A stretch of DNA of 63,535 nucleotides, filler included, from Globobulimina sp. (taxonomy: Eukaryota), in NCBI GenBank assembly GCA_003354225.1. It is 27 parts of 27 records of this genome, joined end to end, with 100 filler letters (N's around TTAATTAATTAA, not from the genome) between each part and the next. Parts side by side here need not be neighbours in the genome. Positions count along the whole stretch, not along the records: positions 58,926 to 61,180 come from PIVH01007853.1; positions 61,281 to 63,535 come from PIVH01007854.1; 25 more parts are not named here. One strand, 5' to 3'. Below, one piece after another: positions 59,144-63,535 of the stretch; the stretch's first letter is position 1, and every line of letters begins with the position of its first letter. A program made the position numbers and the translations under genes. The notes under the pieces are model-generated. The model did no database searches and was not told the DNA's origin. It saw only the letters and a list, made by a program, of their open reading frames with translations.

Positions 59144-60133
59144 ATGGTAACTGCCAGCATCGCCTCGCTAAACACTGCCGTGATTGAAGCAAGGAAACGG
59201 ACCCATTTAGGTTCGTTATTAGCTCCCGGCGGGGATTACGATGAAAGTCATGTCACGCCGCAGTTAATGGCTTATATGACACGTTTAGCGATTTACGAAA
59301 ACGACTATACCAAACCGCAGACTGTGCAACATACAAATTCTAGTTTTAAAAAATATAACGTCTCTGCTACAAACAATGAAAGTGAAAATGAGCAGAAAAT
59401 AGATTTGAAAATGAATGAGAGTGCGCTTAACGGAGTGATTATATCCTCGTCACTCACGGAACAGACATCCAATGCTTCCAACAGTTCGTCCTCGCCATCC
59501 GTAACCAATTCGAGTGTACCTATATCCGATGGCGAATATGATACCATTTCCAATGACGACTACAAAATCAAACAACAACAGAAAATTCCAGCTCATCTGA
59601 ATGCATCGGATGAAGAATTACATCTATTTCTACGTAATCCACCCACACCGCCCATTCCATTCTATCCCACAAATATACATTTTACAAACACGCCAAATGC
59701 GCCAAACACACAGCATAAATATCGCAGATTTAATACGCGGAAAACGCGTAAATCTCCGCATAAAAATAAAAAGTCGGATGCAAAGAAAGCATATTTTGCG
59801 GCGCCAAATGACAGCAATGAAGTTACTGTGATATACCCAGATAATGTTAATCATAAAAAACGGAAGAAAGTGTCAGAAATAGCTATAGCGGAGGTAGAGG
59901 ATACATATTTACTGTCAATTTCTGATGAGAATCATATGAAATATCTGAGTCCAGAAAGTAAGAAATCAATGGCTGCGATTAAAGATGCAACAAAATCGTC
60001 GTTGCTGGACGATGTGGACGTGACTGCTTCGCAGACATTGAGCGCATTGAATACGCCGAGAAATATAGATGAAGCGGAGGAGGATATATTGCATGGAAAT
60101 TTTGCAAATTTGAGCATTGATAATGGTGACTAA
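59144..60133 (+). CDS. Hypothetical disordered S/N/K-rich C-terminal region
   Basis: 329-aa ORF followed by a long T-rich 3' UTR-like region. Confidence 0.55.
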   Translation: MVTASIASLNTAVIEARKRTHLGSLLAPGGDYDESHVTPQLMAYMTRLAIYENDYTKPQTVQHTNSSFKKYNVSATNNESENEQKIDLKMNESALNGVIISSSLTEQTSNASNSSSSPSVTNSSVPISDGEYDTISNDDYKIKQQQKIPAHLNASDEELHLFLRNPPTPPIPFYPTNIHFTNTPNAPNTQHKYRRFNTRKTRKSPHKNKKSDAKKAYFAAPNDSNEVTVIYPDNVNHKKRKKVSEIAIAEVEDTYLLSISDENHMKYLSPESKKSMAAIKDATKSSLLDDVDVTASQTLSALNTPRNIDEAEEDILHGNFANLSIDNGD

Positions 60134-61430
60134 TAATTTTTCTTTTTGTTCAGAATTGATTGTTTGACAAAAATATATAAACACACATACAACAAATGAT
60201 TTTTTAAAGCTTTTTCTCATTTAATTAACTATAAAATTTATTTACAAAGAATGTTTTTCTTTTTTTTTATTTTTGTTATTAATGTGAGATTAATGTTGTT
60301 TTATGTTTTTCGTTTTTGTGTTTCACAATGTAGTTTATTAATAATTATTATCTACGGATCTTTATTCACATAAAATTTGTAGCAACGCAAACTTTTTACT
60401 TTCGTTTATATTTATTTCTCGTTATAAAAAATATTTTTTATTTTTATCTGTTTTTGGTTGAATGTTTTGATTGAAGTTTTGTTTGTGTTTATTGTCGGCA
60501 CAAACAAAACTATTCTGATTGGTATTTACAAATTTAAAACGAACAAACATTGTTTTTTTCATTTTGTTCGAAACAAATAATTGACAGAACATCATTCGAA
60601 CAAATTATTGCATGAATAAATTCTTTTCTTCTGTGAAAACTAGTACTTTTCAAGTAAAGTATTAAGAAGACGTCTTTTTCGGAAAATGGCATTATTTTAA
60701 TTACCAATTTAATAATTCTGCATTTACTGATACTGATATGTTGGGGTTGTATGTCAAAATTCTGTGTCTTGACTTTCCATTTTTTAACTCTCTCAAATCA
60801 ATACATTCCACACCAACTCAGAATATGCAATATATTTTTATCTTCAATCCACAACAACGAAATGAAAAGGAAACAGAAACCACAGAATATGATGAATACA
60901 GATTATATTCATCGTAGAATGAGTTATATGTATGAGTCTGATAAAGATATTATTGTTTAGTCTCCGTCATATTCACCATTATGCCGTGAATTTTTTTGTT
61001 TATTTCTCTAACTTCACATTTTTCCCACATTACCATTCTTTTTTTTTTGTGCATGAACTCGTACTTTGTATCATTTCGTTCGACCACGAATTAATTCGTA
61101 ATGGAGAATCAGCAAACAAATGATGATAAAAGTACCAACACAGTCAAACCAAGCATTGATTTCAATTTTTTTTTAAACACNNNNNNNNNNNNNNNNNNNN
61201 NNNNNNNNNNNNNNNNNNNNNNNNTTAATTAATTAANNNNNNNNNNNNNNNNNNNNNNNNNNNNNNNNNNNNNNNNNNNNTATTGTAAAATTATCAAAAA
61301 CACAATTAATAACAATGAATTATAGAGTAAGGTATGTGTATATTGATAATAATAAGAAAAAAAGTAAGGAACAAAAAAATAAACCAATCTAAGTTCATAC
61401 AAACATTAGATACAAAAATAACAAATGGGG

Positions 61431-62829
61431 TCAACGGCAACATTTAAACCATTTAGCAAAAAAAGAATAGCCTTTAATATAAAAATAATTGCCAAGTAAA
61501 ACAATAACAAAACCACTCAATCGAATCCATGAATATTGGCCTTGCCATTCTTCGCCATATTTTGAACAGATCGCAAAAGCAATCAACGACAGCACCCATG
61601 TTCCCGACGGATAGATTTGTTGAAATAGTTTCCTTGTCAATGAACTGGATAACGATGTCATTCGCATTTGCATTGTATCTTTACCGTAAATAGCAATTAA
61701 AAATAACGCAAAGCATATCATCAACACAGGTGCCACTAATATGTTATTGTAAATATTGTCGAAAACATTTGTTTTGTCACCGATGTTATGAAATGGATCG
61801 ACAATAAATAATATAACGCCAATAATGAGTGTAAATAATAGTGATACAATGGATTCCATTCCAACCACAAAATTCGAATCTAAATTATCATTTTTTAATA
61901 GTAACTCTTCGATGTCGTTTCTTATCGCACCGCAACAACCAACTACAAACATGATAGTTATACCAATCAAACTATCTTTTAATGTCAGCGCTGTCTCATC
62001 CTTTTCTGCATCATTTGTAATCACAATATTCTCGGCGGCGACCATCAATAAACCAATTATTGTGATCACAATGCCAAACAATTGCGACCATTCTAGTGTT
62101 TTATGATGGAAACACCGTCTAAATTAAATATAATGTATACATTTTTGACGATATTGTTATAAATAAATTGTTAGCTTTGCTACTCACAAACCTTAAAAGT
62201 GCCAAAAACAATAATTGCGTTCCATTTTTTAGAATCGATACAACGGCGCCAGATAAAAACACTAAGCCTAAATATCTGCCACCGGTCACAAAAAAATCCA
62301 TAACAGAGGGAACGCATATTTTTAAAAACAATTTCTTGTTTAATTTATTGTACGATGTTAGTGCTGCTTTTGTAAATATGGCAACTGAGCAAATTAAAAA
62401 AGACCCAAATGTCAATGTCAATGTAATCCAATATTCGTTTTTTAGCGCATCGATGCCATGCAAACTGTGGTTGTTACCTGGGAACATTTGATATATTAAT
62501 TTACCTAAAAAATCATTGCATGATCCACAGCATATCATAATGGTCAATGTTATAATGAATTTAGTATAATTGGATGAACCTTTGGTTGGACCAGATATTG
62601 AATCAATCCGTTCTTTCTCAAAATGCTCTGAGGGTGGTGAGTTTTCGTTGTCTTGTCGAGGAATTGAATCCATTGAGACACTTCCCAGGGTCTCCTCCTT
62701 TCGAATCGGGGACATTGACATTGATTCAAGTTTGCGATAATAATGATATATGCCGCCGAGACAAAACAGCAATACAATCATTATAGCGATGAGATGTCCG
62801 TATAGCATCCCATCGAAACTAATGAGCAC
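61431..62829 (-). CDS. SLC35F6-like drug/metabolite-superfamily transporter; intron 62119-62191
   Basis: VPSVMDF..TGGRYLGL.FLSGAVVSILKNGTQLLF, spliced RRCFHHKTLEWSQ..GI, IEELLLK, VVGMES and SSLTRK. Confidence 0.8.
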
Positions 62830-63032
62830 ATCTTGATTACTTGAATGAATATTGTATGTATACGTTAATTTATATGTTTAGTTTGCATACAATTTTGGAT
62901 TTGATTATACAAATTAACTTTGTGGGGGGTGTCCACATGGTTCGATCAAAACAGAGTTAGACTAGCGTCAATTTCAGGTTAGATTAAAAACAGCTTAAAT
63001 GTAACATTTTGTTCGTGCAAAAAGTCCGGAGT

Positions 63033-63380
63033 TAAATAGTTACCTAGGTTTCCTAAATAGTTGCCTAAATAGTTCCCTAAATAGTTAACTTGTGTAGACT
63101 CAAAGTCCGATCAATTAAAAGAGCATCAGGTCTTCAGCGTCAGATTTTTATTGTTTCTGAGAAAGTCACCAGAAACGGTTTGCTTACACCTTACCCCAAT
63201 AAAAATCTGACGCTGAAGACCGGATGCTCTTAATTCGCATCATAAACAGCCAGATATTTTGATATCCAACAACCAAAAATTATCGGACTTTGTGCACAAT
63301 ACAGTTTGCTAAAGGATCAACAATTATATATTTATATCCACGCGGGAAATATTCATTTAATATTGATCCTTTAGCAAACT
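63033..63380. repeat. Cluster of tandem and nested inverted repeats (MITE-like or structured RNA)
   Basis: (CC)TAAATAGTT x4 at 63033-63086; 11-bp IR 63101-63111/63282-63292; 35-bp IR with one mismatch 63119-63153/63197-63231; perfect 18-bp IR 63303-63320/63363-63380. Confidence 0.92.
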
Positions 63381-63535
63381 CACTAAAACTTTTTTGTTTT
63401 TTTTTCATGGCATAACAGTTTTTCATTCGCCCAATGATAGGGGCATAGTAAGTATACTCTATGAAGAAGGAACGAAGAGCAATGTAATATTGAAGTCAAA
63501 TTAATTCATACGGTGTTTATTTATTGAACAGTATT

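Overview
This window is not a contiguous locus. It is 27 unrelated, size-sorted contigs (2259 down to 2255 bp) joined by artificial 100-nt linkers (44 N + TTAATTAATTAA + 44 N), so gene neighbourhood across linkers is meaningless. Most contigs are AT-rich eukaryotic nuclear DNA with short (about 53-73 nt) GT-AG introns. The gene repertoire suggests a rhizarian or foraminiferan protist (inference): an HFDISxEN kinase, lineage-type Kelch proteins and many Cys-rich surface proteins. Recognisable genes include an Mx-like dynamin with an N-terminal GYF_2 domain, M28 and M14 peptidases, START-SAM, an NRF-6-type acyltransferase, a TLC protein, an RNF213-like C-terminus, a sulfotransferase, a Kv-beta aldo-keto reductase, an ABCB half-transporter, WDR75, an amidase, an ammonium transporter, CAT and SLC35F transporters and a WASP-family VCA protein. 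There are also several non-LTR retrotransposon pieces, a NUMOD4-HNH-NUMOD1 nuclease and a bacterial dctQ-dctM fragment fused to eukaryotic DNA. The best novelty candidates are: (1) a duplicated phage/giant-virus-type HNH nuclease with an apparent mitochondrial presequence and a -1 slippery site; (2) an Amt transporter with a signal peptide and a 20-Cys repeated ectodomain; (3) spliceosomal introns carrying strong internal hairpins with strand-specific G-U pairs; (4) GYF-Mx and RZ-finger-less RNF213-like immunity proteins; (5) a LINE family whose APE metal-binding Glu is Asp. All domain calls are from motif recognition by eye, with no database search.
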